Positions 50,139 to 59,974 are shown, numbered from the stretch's first letter. The stretch is 64,000 nt of DNA from Spirochaetaceae bacterium (GCA_051531975.1 JAOPTT010000017.1:1-64000); one strand, 5' to 3'. Numbers and translations: made by a program. The notes: generated by a model not told the origin, from the sequence alone.

Positions 50139-50865
50139 CTAAATATCGGAAGTAATTATATTACCAACTAAAACTTTTCCTATATTTGATAAATGGATAT
50201 TTTTGTTATCATCATTTATGCTCTCTGAAAGTTGTTGGACCATTTCTCTTACTAAGTTCTCTATTGATTTGAAATCTATAGAGTCTAAACTTAAATCCGG
50301 TACATCATTTCTTCATACTCAATTAACTTATATCTTAACAATGCATTTCTATTAAATTAAAAATTTTGAACTAATTCTAAATATTTTTCTGATGGTAAGT
50401 CTTCTCTTAATGTTTCAGGTGCAATAATTTCCTTATGTTTCCCTAACAGTCACTGAGACTCTTCTGTCCCTCGATTATACAAGAATAATATTATTAATAC
50501 CTGCTCATCTGATAATACAGGCAATAAGTTTTCAAGAAGATTGGGTTTTAAGTTTCTATTTATAGCATTATTAACTAATTCAATTAGTCTTTTATTCTTT
50601 AGTGTTGACCTGTTATTAACAACTACATGAATTGCATCTTCTATGATATTTTTAACGTAATCTTCACTAATTATAAACTCCAAATCTTCAATTTTTAAAT
50701 ATAATTCTCTTAAAAAGATACAAACTCTATCAAGCCTTTGATTAGGTATAAATACACTAATTACTTCACCAATCAATGTTCCAGAAAAGGAATTGCTCCT
50801 AATACAGATCGAGAAACTTTATGTAAATAATCACATTTATCATTCTTTAACTCATCGATATTCAT
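50139..50865 (-). pseudogene. Degraded hypothetical gene with several frameshifts and stops
   Basis: AAGGA and ATG 50865 give MNIDELKND...SVLGAIPF, which frameshifts into TLIGEVISVFIPNQRLDRV. Coding-like sequence continues past TGA 50450 to about 50139. Confidence 0.6.
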
Positions 50866-50899
50866 ATTTTATTTTTCCTTTAGTTTGCTATATAAAAAC

Positions 50900-51143
50900 T
50901 TAGTTTTCTCTAGATAATATTTCTATCCTATCGACAATAGGATCTAATTCAGATTTTATAACTTCAAGATGCGTAATAGTTGAAATTAAAGTCCTATATT
51001 CGTTTTCATAACTCCAGTGTTGAGATTTTGTAAATATAAATGGTTCAAATTCAAGAGCACTATCAGGAAAAAAACTTATTACTTTTGGAATTTCATTCGA
51101 ATAAATTACTTTTAAAGAGGTATTAGCCTTATTTTTAATAAGT
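50900..51143 (-). pseudogene. DUF2971-like internal fragment
   Basis: KVIYSNEIP...FTKSQHWSYENEYR matches the K..W.YE.E.R signature; no start codon. Confidence 0.6.
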
Positions 51144-51233
51144 CATTACGGTTTCTTTCTTTTTTTTGGTATTTGTTTTGTATCAACTTTTATATAGTGA
51201 AAGATTTCCACAATCCCACTGAGTACTAAGCAT

Positions 51234-51340
51234 TTATAACTCTTATTAAGAATACAAAGGTGACAGTCGCAGTTATATATAATACGACAAACCGGGAAAG
51301 TGAAAGTCGCATATCAAAATTCATATAAAACGGTTATGTG
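51234..51340 (-). other. Degenerate attC-like recombination site
   Basis: The minus strand starts CACATAAC and ends GTTATAA about 107 bp later, with partial arm pairing, directly upstream of cassette-like gene remnants. Confidence 0.3.
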
Positions 51341-51523
51341 GTAAGTGCAGTAACCCCGAACTCTAATAATGAAATCTTACTGCATTAAAACTGTCCCTAA
51401 CCTGTCGTGTGGGGATTGTTGATTACAGTACAGTTTAATAGTGCTATATTTCCTAATATGAATTGGAATGATGAAAACTTTAAAATAGAATAGTGAAAAA
51501 ATCTGTCTATAATACTAAAATAT

Positions 51524-52276
51524 ATGATAAAGTATTGTATGAAAAACTTGGAAGATATCTTTAATATAGCATATAAAGATGTGGTTAGTATTACAGGTGC
51601 AGGTGGGAAAACCACTCTATTATACTACCTTGCAAGCTATTTTAAGGGATCATTGATAACAACGACAACCAAGCTATTTATCCCTAAGAACAGGGAGTTC
51701 TTTACTAAAGATATACCAGATAATATAGAGAGCTCTCTATTAGTTGTTAATAGACAGGTCGGAAACAAATTACACGGTCTAACATGTCATGAATTAAAAG
51801 AGATCTTCCCAAGATTTAATTATACTTTTATTGAAGCTGATGGTGCAGGAATGAAAAGTTTAAAGGGTTGGAAAGAGAATGAACCTGTTATCTGTAATTT
51901 TTCTAATAAAACAGTAGGTGTATTGGATATAACCACTTTGGGGAAGCTGTCTGATCCTACTATATTTCGTTTAGACGAGTATAAAAAGATTACGAACTAC
52001 TCAACAAATATAACCCTTGAAAATTTAATAGACGTTGTACTTAATAAAAATGGTCTATTTAAAAATAGCATATATAAGATACTATATATAAATAAAGTTG
52101 AGAGTTTGAGTCTGGAAAAACAGGCTTCCAGTTTTATTTCTAAACTTATGGATGATCCTAGATTCCATTTAGATCGTATTGTCTGTGGATCGACAGTAGA
52201 TGAAACTTTCAATCTTGTATTTGATAAAAGGGATAGGGTTATGGAGACAAAAAATAATGAAAATAGTTATTGTTAG
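51524..52276 (+). CDS. yqeC: Selenium-dependent hydroxylase accessory protein YqeC
   Basis: SITGAGGKTT, ITTTTK, IEADGA..KSLKGW..NEPVI and INK motifs; the start may be 51539. Confidence 0.88.
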   Translation: MIKYCMKNLEDIFNIAYKDVVSITGAGGKTTLLYYLASYFKGSLITTTTKLFIPKNREFFTKDIPDNIESSLLVVNRQVGNKLHGLTCHELKEIFPRFNYTFIEADGAGMKSLKGWKENEPVICNFSNKTVGVLDITTLGKLSDPTIFRLDEYKKITNYSTNITLENLIDVVLNKNGLFKNSIYKILYINKVESLSLEKQASSFISKLMDDPRFHLDRIVCGSTVDETFNLVFDKRDRVMETKNNENSYC

Positions 52277-53039
52277 AGGAGCTGGAGATCTTGCTACTGG
52301 GATTATTCAGAAGCTTCATAATTCAGGATTTAAGGTTATAGCTTGTGAAATAGAGAAACCAACAGCCATTAGAAGAATGGTATCGCTCTCGGAGGCTGTA
52401 TACTATGGGGAACAGAGGGTAGAGGATATAACAGCAAAATTATGTACATTTGAAGAGGCTATTAACGACGAAGGAGTCTCTGTGATTATAGACCCAAAAA
52501 TGAGCATACTGGAAAGGATAAAGCCCCTAGCAGTAGTAGATGCTATATTAGCAAAATGTAACCTTGGAACCACTATAAACAGTGCAAAGGTTGTTATCGG
52601 CGTAGGTCCTGGTTTTAGTATTGGAGTCGATTGCCATGCTGTAATAGAGACTAAGCGAGGGCATAATTTAGGAAAAATATACTATAGAGGATCAGCGATC
52701 GAGAATACAGGAATACCCGGTGAGATTGAGGGAGAATCAACCCGAAGGGTTCTCCATGCACCTACCCAAGGAGAGATAGAGAACAGAGTAAACATAGGGG
52801 ATATTGTTCAGGAGAACGATTTAATGTTCACTATAAACAATACTCCAATCTATGCACCGTTTAGTGGTGTGGTTAGGGGTATAATAAAGGATGGCTTCTC
52901 TGTTTTTAAAGGAATGAAGGTTGCAGATATAGATCCTAGAATGGATCAAGTGGATAAGTGTAATACAATTTCAGATAAAGCTCGAAACGTAGCTGGTGGA
53001 GTTTTAGAAGCAGTAGTTAGATTAGGTGAGGTTATTTGA
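52257..53039 (+). CDS. yqeB: Selenium-dependent molybdenum cofactor protein YqeB
   Basis: VRGAGDLATG, AIRRMVS, DAILAK, IETKRGHNLG, KVADIDPR and ISDKAR.VAGGVLEA; start reassigned to ATG 52257. Confidence 0.92.
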   Translation: MKIVIVRGAGDLATGIIQKLHNSGFKVIACEIEKPTAIRRMVSLSEAVYYGEQRVEDITAKLCTFEEAINDEGVSVIIDPKMSILERIKPLAVVDAILAKCNLGTTINSAKVVIGVGPGFSIGVDCHAVIETKRGHNLGKIYYRGSAIENTGIPGEIEGESTRRVLHAPTQGEIENRVNIGDIVQENDLMFTINNTPIYAPFSGVVRGIIKDGFSVFKGMKVADIDPRMDQVDKCNTISDKARNVAGGVLEAVVRLGEVI

Positions 53040-53822
53040 ATGAATAGTATTGTAATTAACCAACTAAATCAGGATATAAAGAACGATATAAAAGTAGCTA
53101 TTGCTACGGTTACATCATCAACAGGTTCGGCACCAGGTAGAACTGGAAATATGATGTTGATATATCCAGATGGAAACATAGTTGGAACATGTGGTGGTGG
53201 CAAAGTTGAACACACAATTATAGAAAAAGCTATAGAATGTCTAGAAAAAGGGATCATGGATAATTTTGATATTGTTCTTAAGGATCTTGGTATGAGTTGT
53301 GGTGGACATATGAAAGGTTTTATTGATGTTCAGAACAATGAGAAACAATTAATGATCATCGGTGGTGGTCATATAGGAAACAAGATATACAACCTCGGTA
53401 AAGAGCTAGAGTTTTCTATGACAATTATTGATGATAGAGTGGAGTTTGCAAACAATGAAAAGTTCCCAAATGCGCAAACACTCTCTGGCGATATATCGGA
53501 GATTATAGAAAATGAAAATCTTAGTAATAAGTATGTTGTAATTGTCTCAAAGGGACATATAACAGATTATCAGGCACTAAAAGTAGCCATAAAGAAGGAT
53601 TATAAATACCTAGGGCTCATTGGATCAAAGAAGAAGGTAAAACAACTGCTTTCTGAGCTACATTCCGATGGCATAGATTATAGCCAATACCCCAATTTTT
53701 ATGCACCTGTTGGACTATCCATTGCTAAAAAAGATCCCGCAGAGATCGCCCTTGGAATAATGGCAGAGATACTGCTTATTAAAAATGGAGGGACATTAAC
53801 ACATATGAGGCTAGATAGATGA
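53040..53822 (+). CDS. xdhC: XdhC/CoxI-family Moco chaperone
   Basis: GSAPG, GTCGGGKVE, GMSCGG, GGGHI, YLGLIGSKKK and APVGL....PAEIA. Confidence 0.9.
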   Translation: MNSIVINQLNQDIKNDIKVAIATVTSSTGSAPGRTGNMMLIYPDGNIVGTCGGGKVEHTIIEKAIECLEKGIMDNFDIVLKDLGMSCGGHMKGFIDVQNNEKQLMIIGGGHIGNKIYNLGKELEFSMTIIDDRVEFANNEKFPNAQTLSGDISEIIENENLSNKYVVIVSKGHITDYQALKVAIKKDYKYLGLIGSKKKVKQLLSELHSDGIDYSQYPNFYAPVGLSIAKKDPAEIALGIMAEILLIKNGGTLTHMRLDR

Positions 53823-54790
53823 AATTAAAAACAATAAAAACAGAAGAAGCAGTGGGACATACTCTATGTCACGATATAACCAAAATTGTTCCTGGGGAGT
53901 TTAAAGGAAGAATTTTTAAAAAAGGACATGTAGTTAGAGAAGAGGATATTGAAGTTCTTCTAAGTGTTGGGAAGGATATTCTCTATGTTTGGGAGAATGT
54001 AGAGGGGTATGTTCATGAAAATGATGCTGCAAAAAGATTAAAAGATACGATAATAGGTAAAAACCTTGAATTCTCAGAGATAAAAGAGGGAAAGATCAGT
54101 CTAATTGCTACTGAAACAGGAACATTGAAGATTAATGTTGAGGCTCTGTTTCATATAAACATGATCGATGAGATTATTGTTGCAACAAAGCCAAACTTCA
54201 AGTTTGTAAAAAAAGGAGATATTATAGCATCAACAAGAGTAATACCCCTGCTTATCCACGAGGAAAAGCTAAAAGAGGCAGAGAAGTTTACAGGGGAACT
54301 AATAACGATTAAACCATTAACAAGAAAAACCGTTGCTATGGTGACAACAGGAAATGAGATCTACTACGGAAGAATTAAAGATAAGTTTAGAGATGTAATG
54401 GAACACAAACTGGACTTTTTTGATTGCGAGATTGTAGGTCAAACCATTGTTCCCGATGACCTACCCCATATGACCTCTGCAATTAATAGATACCTAGAAG
54501 AAAATGTAGACCTTATAATCTGTACTGGTGGTATGAGTGTTGATCCATCTGATATAACACCAACAGCGATTAAAGAGACTGGTAGCGAAATAGTAACCTA
54601 TGGTATGCCTGTACTATCTGGTTCAATGACATTAATTGCATATAATGGTGATACTCCTATTATTGGTCTACCAGCAGGGGTTCTTTTTAGTGAAAAGAAT
54701 ACTGTTGATGTTATTTTACATAGACTACTTTGTAATGACAAAATCAGTAGAGAAGAGGTCGCTGCATATGGTGTTGGTGGGTTACTATAG
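53819..54790 (+). CDS. MoeA-like molybdopterin-binding protein
   Basis: LCHDITKI, FKKGH, HENDAA, TTGNEIY.GRI.D and TGGMSVDP.D.TP motifs. Confidence 0.88.
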   Translation: MKLKTIKTEEAVGHTLCHDITKIVPGEFKGRIFKKGHVVREEDIEVLLSVGKDILYVWENVEGYVHENDAAKRLKDTIIGKNLEFSEIKEGKISLIATETGTLKINVEALFHINMIDEIIVATKPNFKFVKKGDIIASTRVIPLLIHEEKLKEAEKFTGELITIKPLTRKTVAMVTTGNEIYYGRIKDKFRDVMEHKLDFFDCEIVGQTIVPDDLPHMTSAINRYLEENVDLIICTGGMSVDPSDITPTAIKETGSEIVTYGMPVLSGSMTLIAYNGDTPIIGLPAGVLFSEKNTVDVILHRLLCNDKISREEVAAYGVGGLL

Positions 54791-54791
54791 T

Positions 54792-55043
54792 AGACGCTCT
54801 ATATCAAAGAAGGAAGATCTCGTTAGACTATTATGAGTTGTGGAGACTCCTGATATTATATTTCATAACTCTAGGGTTAGTGCAGAGGTAACCAATAGAT
54901 TTTTAGTTAATAGATTGAACAGAGATGATATTGTCTACTATCATGCAGGGCTTCAAAAAGATGAGAAAACAGCCATAGAAAAGTGGTTTTTTGACTCTGA
55001 TTCAGGTATACTAAATGCCACTTGTGCCTATGAAATGGCGTAA
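54792..55043 (+). pseudogene. RecQ-type helicase internal fragment
   Basis: IIFHNSR, YYHAGL and ILNATCAYEMA* (degenerate AT.A.GMG), with stops on both sides. Confidence 0.75.
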
Positions 55044-55268
55044 AAAACTATGTATAATTTAAATGGTGAATATTTTCCACAATAAAATACTTACAGAAAA
55101 AAGACAGCAATTCTCCTTAACTTGTTTTTATTTATAAAGATATAAGATTTGAATCTATAATTATACATATGGATAAAATATGTAACGATACTTAGTACCA
55201 TTATTTAATATTTTATCATCTTAGTAGTGCTGTAAACTCAGGTGTAAGCAGATATATTGATTTTGTTG

Positions 55269-56006
55269 TTATATATGATGTTTTAGAACCTTATCCAGGA
55301 ACTTCTTGATTCGGATGTCCTTTGAGGTTTGCAGCACTTGTTTGGCTGTTCCGTGTTGTACTATACCTTCATCTTCAATAAACATTACCTTGTCTGCTGC
55401 TTCCTTAGCAAATCCCATTTCGTGGGTCACAAGTATTAATTGCATACCTTCTGATCTTAACTCATAGATTAAGTCTAGAACTTCCGAGGTATATTCAGGA
55501 TCTAGGGCAGAAGTTGGTTCATCTAATAAGAGGTATTCAGGTTTAATGGCTACAGCTCTGCAGATTGCGATTCTTTGTTGCTGACCACCTGATAATGCTA
55601 TTGGTTTTTTATGGGCATGGTCTTCTAAATTAAACCTTGTTAGAAGGTTCATTGCTTGGTATTTTGCTAGTTTAGGATCAATACCGTGTACCTTAATTAA
55701 TGGCAATGTTATGTTTTGAACTGCAGTTAAGTGGGGAAACAGGTTGTAAGCTTGGTAAACCATACCTATGTTTTTTCTGTGTATATGTAGACTTTTCTCG
55801 TCATAAAGTATCTCTTTGTTGTTAATAAATACTCTACCCTGCTCAGGTTTCTCTAAACCGGCTAAGATTCTTAAAAGAGTTGTTTTACCACCACCTGATG
55901 GACCAATTAAAACTAGAGAGCTAAAGTCATTTAGCTCTACATTTACATTTGAAAGAACCCTATGGTCACCAAAACTTTTGTGTAAGTTTTCTAATCTAAG
56001 TTTCAT
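55269..56006 (-). CDS. Polar amino acid ABC ATP-binding protein (GlnQ family)
   Basis: GPSGGGKTT, LSGGQQQR, DEPTSALDPE and VTHEMGFA. Confidence 0.95.
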   Translation of the reverse strand: MKLRLENLHKSFGDHRVLSNVNVELNDFSSLVLIGPSGGGKTTLLRILAGLEKPEQGRVFINNKEILYDEKSLHIHRKNIGMVYQAYNLFPHLTAVQNITLPLIKVHGIDPKLAKYQAMNLLTRFNLEDHAHKKPIALSGGQQQRIAICRAVAIKPEYLLLDEPTSALDPEYTSEVLDLIYELRSEGMQLILVTHEMGFAKEAADKVMFIEDEGIVQHGTAKQVLQTSKDIRIKKFLDKVLKHHI

Positions 56007-56787
56007 ATTTAAACCTCTTTTCTAGGGAACTTGTTAAAATTGATATTGGAATTGTTAATAGTAGGTAACCAATTGCCAGTGGGATGTAACTCTCTATTGT
56101 TGAAAATGTATTTGAGTTTATCTCCCTAGCTGCTAATGTGAACTCTTTTATCGCAATTATAGATAGAAGTGAAGAATCTTTAATTAAAGAAGCAAATTGT
56201 CCGGCTAATGGTGGTAAAACCCGTGTTATTACCTGGGGGAAGATAATATAACGATATGTTTGAGACCGTGTTAAACCTATAGCTTTTGCAGTCTCTCGTT
56301 GGGTTTTACCAACACTATCTACACCAGCTCTAATTATTTCAGCTATGTATGCACCACTAAAAAGTGACATTATTATTACACCGGCAACGTACCTATTATT
56401 GATACCAATTAAATTTGCAACTACATAATAGAAAATTAGTATCTGAACTAGTAGTGGCGTCCCTCTAATTATTTCTATGTATACTTTTGCTAAAGCTCTA
56501 AGTGGTAGGATTCTACTTCTTCTGGTTATACCAAAATAAGTACCTAAAATTATACTTAGAACCAGACTTATTAGGGACATTAAAATTGTTACACCAAAGC
56601 CACTTATTAAGCTGTCTTTGTAACGGTATACGTTGTCCCATCTAAGGGTATAATCTAAGTTATTAAATCCACTTAATATTAGAGATATAAAAATTAGAGA
56701 TATTATAGTTATGTTTATAAAAGAACTTCCCCTTGGAGGTTTGTCCAAAGGGTCTTTTAGTATAAAGTATTTTTTTAAATCTAGCAT
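55996..56787 (-). CDS. Polar amino acid ABC permease
   Basis: IRGTPLLVQI, AYIAEIIRAG and LIKDSSL motifs. Confidence 0.95.
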   Translation of the reverse strand: MLDLKKYFILKDPLDKPPRGSSFINITIISLIFISLILSGFNNLDYTLRWDNVYRYKDSLISGFGVTILMSLISLVLSIILGTYFGITRRSRILPLRALAKVYIEIIRGTPLLVQILIFYYVVANLIGINNRYVAGVIIMSLFSGAYIAEIIRAGVDSVGKTQRETAKAIGLTRSQTYRYIIFPQVITRVLPPLAGQFASLIKDSSLLSIIAIKEFTLAAREINSNTFSTIESYIPLAIGYLLLTIPISILTSSLEKRFKYET

Positions 56788-56791
56788 GGGG

Positions 56792-57604
56792 CTACTTTAT
56801 ATCAAAAAAGAACGGTATACCAGACTCGTCAAAAAGTGACTTAATATAACCTAAGTATTTATCTCCTAATTTATTAAAACCACCATTATCTTGGTACTCT
56901 TTAATAAACATATTAACACCGTCTAAAAGCTCAGTATTACCTTTTTTAACAGCCATACCCCAGTAACCGACCGAACCAGGAAGTGCTTCTAAGTTCATTC
57001 TAGTAGTTTCTAGGTTTCTCCGGTTATTTTCGTAGATTGTTAATACGTCGTATATAAAGACATCTGCTTTACCTTGGCTTACTTCTAAAACACAAGCTGA
57101 TACTTCGTCAAATAGTCTAATATCTGCTTTAGTGAACTTATCCTGTGCTAAGTTAGCACCAATAGTTCCAGATTTAACAGCAATAACAACACCCTCTTGG
57201 TTTAGATCATTAAAAGATAAAACCTTAGAATCGTTGTTAATTAATAGGCTTAGACCTGACTTAATATAAGGATTAGAAAAGTCTACAACTTCACCTCTCT
57301 GTTCTGTTATAGTCATAGAAGAGATAATAATATCCGCTTTATTTGTTTGTAACGAAGGTATTAAACCAGTCCAAGAGATATTCTCAATAATTACTTCTTT
57401 ACCTAAATATTCACCTAAATCTTTAGCTATATCAACACTGATTCCAGAAGGATTACCCTGTTCATCAGACATTTCAAATGGAGGATACTGTAACTCCATT
57501 GCAACAGTTATTTTATCTGTATTAGTTTCTTTACTACTATTAGCAAAAAGACCTATTCCTATTAAGAGCATACACATTAATAGAACGTTATTTAATTTAA
57601 TCAT
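56792..57604 (-). CDS. Polar amino acid ABC substrate-binding protein
   Basis: YPPFE, GISVDI, SSMTITEQR...VDFSNPY and MAVKKGN motifs. Confidence 0.93.
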   Translation of the reverse strand: MIKLNNVLLMCMLLIGIGLFANSSKETNTDKITVAMELQYPPFEMSDEQGNPSGISVDIAKDLGEYLGKEVIIENISWTGLIPSLQTNKADIIISSMTITEQRGEVVDFSNPYIKSGLSLLINNDSKVLSFNDLNQEGVVIAVKSGTIGANLAQDKFTKADIRLFDEVSACVLEVSQGKADVFIYDVLTIYENNRRNLETTRMNLEALPGSVGYWGMAVKKGNTELLDGVNMFIKEYQDNGGFNKLGDKYLGYIKSLFDESGIPFFFDIK

Positions 57605-57673
57605 ATTTTAACTCCTTAAATATTACTGTATTATAGTTAGTATCAATATTTTAAAAAAGAGGAATTATAAATT

Positions 57674-58918
57674 ATGGATTTATTTATTAACTTTTTAACA
57701 GGAAAAGGCATTTCCTACCAACTAAGTGGGCTTATCTCAGTTATTGCAGCCTCAATTTTAACTATTTTACTATGTTTAATAGCATATTTAGTGGTTAAAT
57801 ATAAGTTTTTAAAGCTTGTTGAGTTCCTAATTCTCAGAAGTAAAACTAAATTTGACGATCTATTATTAGAAAATGGAGTATTTATACACATACCTAAGTT
57901 TATACCGGCAGTTATATTAATATATATATTCCCACTTATATTTAACGAGTTTGAAGCGGTTATTTTTGTGTTCCATAAAATAGTTTACTCCTATATGACA
58001 GTATTAATTATGTTAACATTAAACGCACTTTTAACAGTCTTAGCAAAAATGTACAAAATGTTTAATTCAACAATGAAGATACCAATAACTGCTTTAGTCC
58101 AGGGTGTTAGGATAATTTTAGGCATTATAGGTGCTGTAGTAATAGTTGCAGTAGTATTAGATAAATCACCTCTGATTATATTAAGTGGTTTAGGTGCTTT
58201 AACAGCTGTATTTATGTTTGTATTTAAAGACTCCTTAATGGGGTTTATTGCTGGTATTCAATTAACATTAAATAAGATGGTAGACCATGGTAACTGGATA
58301 GAGATGCCTAAATATGGTGCAGATGGAACAGTTGAAGATATTACATTAACAACAGTTAAAGTATGTAACTGGGATAAAACTATAACAATGGTACCAACAT
58401 ATGCACTGCTATCAGAATCCTTTAAAAACTGGCAAGGTATGACAGAGTCCGGCGGGCGTAGGATTAAGCGTTCAATCTTCATTGATACAAGTTCAATTGG
58501 TTTTTGTAGTCCAGAACTACTTAGTAAATTAAAAGATATTGAACTAATCTCACACTTTTTAGAAGGTAAAATTGATGAAGTCGAGAAACATAATGTAACT
58601 GAGAAGATTAATTTATCCTCTCCAGTTAATGGTCGAAAAATTACAAATATTGGTGTATTTAGACATTATATCGAGGCTTATCTTGGTTCTAATGAAAATA
58701 TAAATATGGATATGACATTTTTAGTTAGACAAAAACAACCAGGGATACACGGATTACCAATAGAGATATATGTATTTTGTAAAGAGACAGCCTGGGTAGA
58801 ATACGAAGCTATACAATCTGATATATTTGACCATATTTTTGCTATTATTAACGAGTTTGAACTTAAAATGTTTCAAGCACCTTCAGGTGAAGATATTAAA
58901 ACACTTAGTTCGCTGTAG
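57674..58918 (+). CDS. Mechanosensitive channel, MscS family (YbdG/MscM-like)
   Basis: GLGA.TAV....FKD, WIEMPKYGADG, NWDKTI, FKNWQGM.ESGGRRIKRS and YEAIQSDIFDH. Confidence 0.93.
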   Translation: MDLFINFLTGKGISYQLSGLISVIAASILTILLCLIAYLVVKYKFLKLVEFLILRSKTKFDDLLLENGVFIHIPKFIPAVILIYIFPLIFNEFEAVIFVFHKIVYSYMTVLIMLTLNALLTVLAKMYKMFNSTMKIPITALVQGVRIILGIIGAVVIVAVVLDKSPLIILSGLGALTAVFMFVFKDSLMGFIAGIQLTLNKMVDHGNWIEMPKYGADGTVEDITLTTVKVCNWDKTITMVPTYALLSESFKNWQGMTESGGRRIKRSIFIDTSSIGFCSPELLSKLKDIELISHFLEGKIDEVEKHNVTEKINLSSPVNGRKITNIGVFRHYIEAYLGSNENINMDMTFLVRQKQPGIHGLPIEIYVFCKETAWVEYEAIQSDIFDHIFAIINEFELKMFQAPSGEDIKTLSSL

Positions 58919-59534
58919 GTTTCTTAATCATCATATCGTTTACTTCTGCTGCTCTTTTTGCATCCATAAATTGAAGCCAAATTGAGGAGTTTGAAGCTCT
59001 AGTATCTCTTTTTGCAATCTCATCCTCTTTTCTTAGAGTATCTACAACTTTAAGTACCGGATAATTATTTAATATATCAACAGTTTTTAGTGGTGGAAGT
59101 GCTGCTAAATAGGAAACTGTTGTTTCAAGATTTTTTTGTTCATCATCATATCTAGCTAATGCATCGGTTAAAGATTTCTCTTTATCTATAATAGCGGACT
59201 CTTTCTCTACTAACTCTTCTGCTATCTGTCTGTTTTTAGCTTCTTCTAAAGTTATATTCTCTTCCCTAGATTTAAGAGCAATCTCTCTCTTCTCTATAGC
59301 TTCCCGCTCTTTTATTAACCTTACAGCATCTAAAAGATATATATTTTCATCTGTATCTTCTACAACCTCAGGGCTTTCTAAACCAATTCGATCAGTTATA
59401 AAATTCAGAGTATCACCACGGTCTATAACTCCTAAAAAGTCGAACCAGATAACTCCACCTATTAAAAGAGCAACTATTAATAGAAGAAGTAGGACTGATT
59501 TACCAATCATTGCGCCTATTGATTTACTTGCCAT
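58905..59534 (-). CDS. flbB: Periplasmic flagellar collar protein FlbB-like
   Basis: N-terminal TM with WFDFLG, a coiled coil and a MotE-like C-terminus; sits right after fliJ as in spirochaetes. Confidence 0.75.
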   Translation of the reverse strand: MASKSIGAMIGKSVLLLLLIVALLIGGVIWFDFLGVIDRGDTLNFITDRIGLESPEVVEDTDENIYLLDAVRLIKEREAIEKREIALKSREENITLEEAKNRQIAEELVEKESAIIDKEKSLTDALARYDDEQKNLETTVSYLAALPPLKTVDILNNYPVLKVVDTLRKEDEIAKRDTRASNSSIWLQFMDAKRAAEVNDMMIKKPTAN

Positions 59535-59974
59535 TAGTTTGCTCCTTCTAGCATTTTCTCTCTTATTTTAGCAGAACTATTAATATTGTCTATAAACAAT
59601 GAATCCTCTTTTAGGCTATATTTTTTATATCTTAGTTTAGATTTATCTTTTAACTTATCTATAACTTTTCTATCTATAGATTTTTGAAGATATACCTCTT
59701 TAATTTTATCTCTTTCTACTTCTCTCTCTTTTAATACCTGTTTCTGATTAGATATTTGCTGAAGAAGTCTGGCCTCATATATACACTTTATCTGAAATTG
59801 AGTTATATCCACCTGATCATTTTTAGAATCTGCTATCTGGCTATAACACATGTCAATTTTATTTTGAACTAATTGGCATTGGCTATTTGCTCTACCTAGT
59901 TTAGCTTCCCACTCTTTTTCTATATTTTCTCTGATAGAAAGTACATTGTCTAGTTTAAAATTAAACTTTCTCAT
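59534..59974 (-). CDS. fliJ: Flagellar export protein FliJ
   Basis: MRKFNFKLDNVL.IR, a coiled coil and RKVIDKLK; follows fliI. Confidence 0.85.
   Translation of the reverse strand: MRKFNFKLDNVLSIRENIEKEWEAKLGRANSQCQLVQNKIDMCYSQIADSKNDQVDITQFQIKCIYEARLLQQISNQKQVLKEREVERDKIKEVYLQKSIDRKVIDKLKDKSKLRYKKYSLKEDSLFIDNINSSAKIREKMLEGAN

Noticed and set aside
50450..50452. In-frame TGA as selenocysteine near the Se-related operon
   Set aside because: The same gene has frameshifts and a TAA, there is no redox motif context, and YqeB/YqeC concern a labile Se cofactor rather than Sec.
47549..51437. 15-bp direct repeat TTACAGTACAGTTTA at 47549 and 51423 as island att sites
   Set aside because: There is no integrase or tRNA, one copy falls inside a coding remnant, and AT-rich 15-mers can recur by chance in 64 kb.
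51240..51520. Known Moco/Wco riboswitch upstream of yqeC
   Set aside because: The conserved core I recall for that family is absent; the region is kept only as unclassified structure in the findings.
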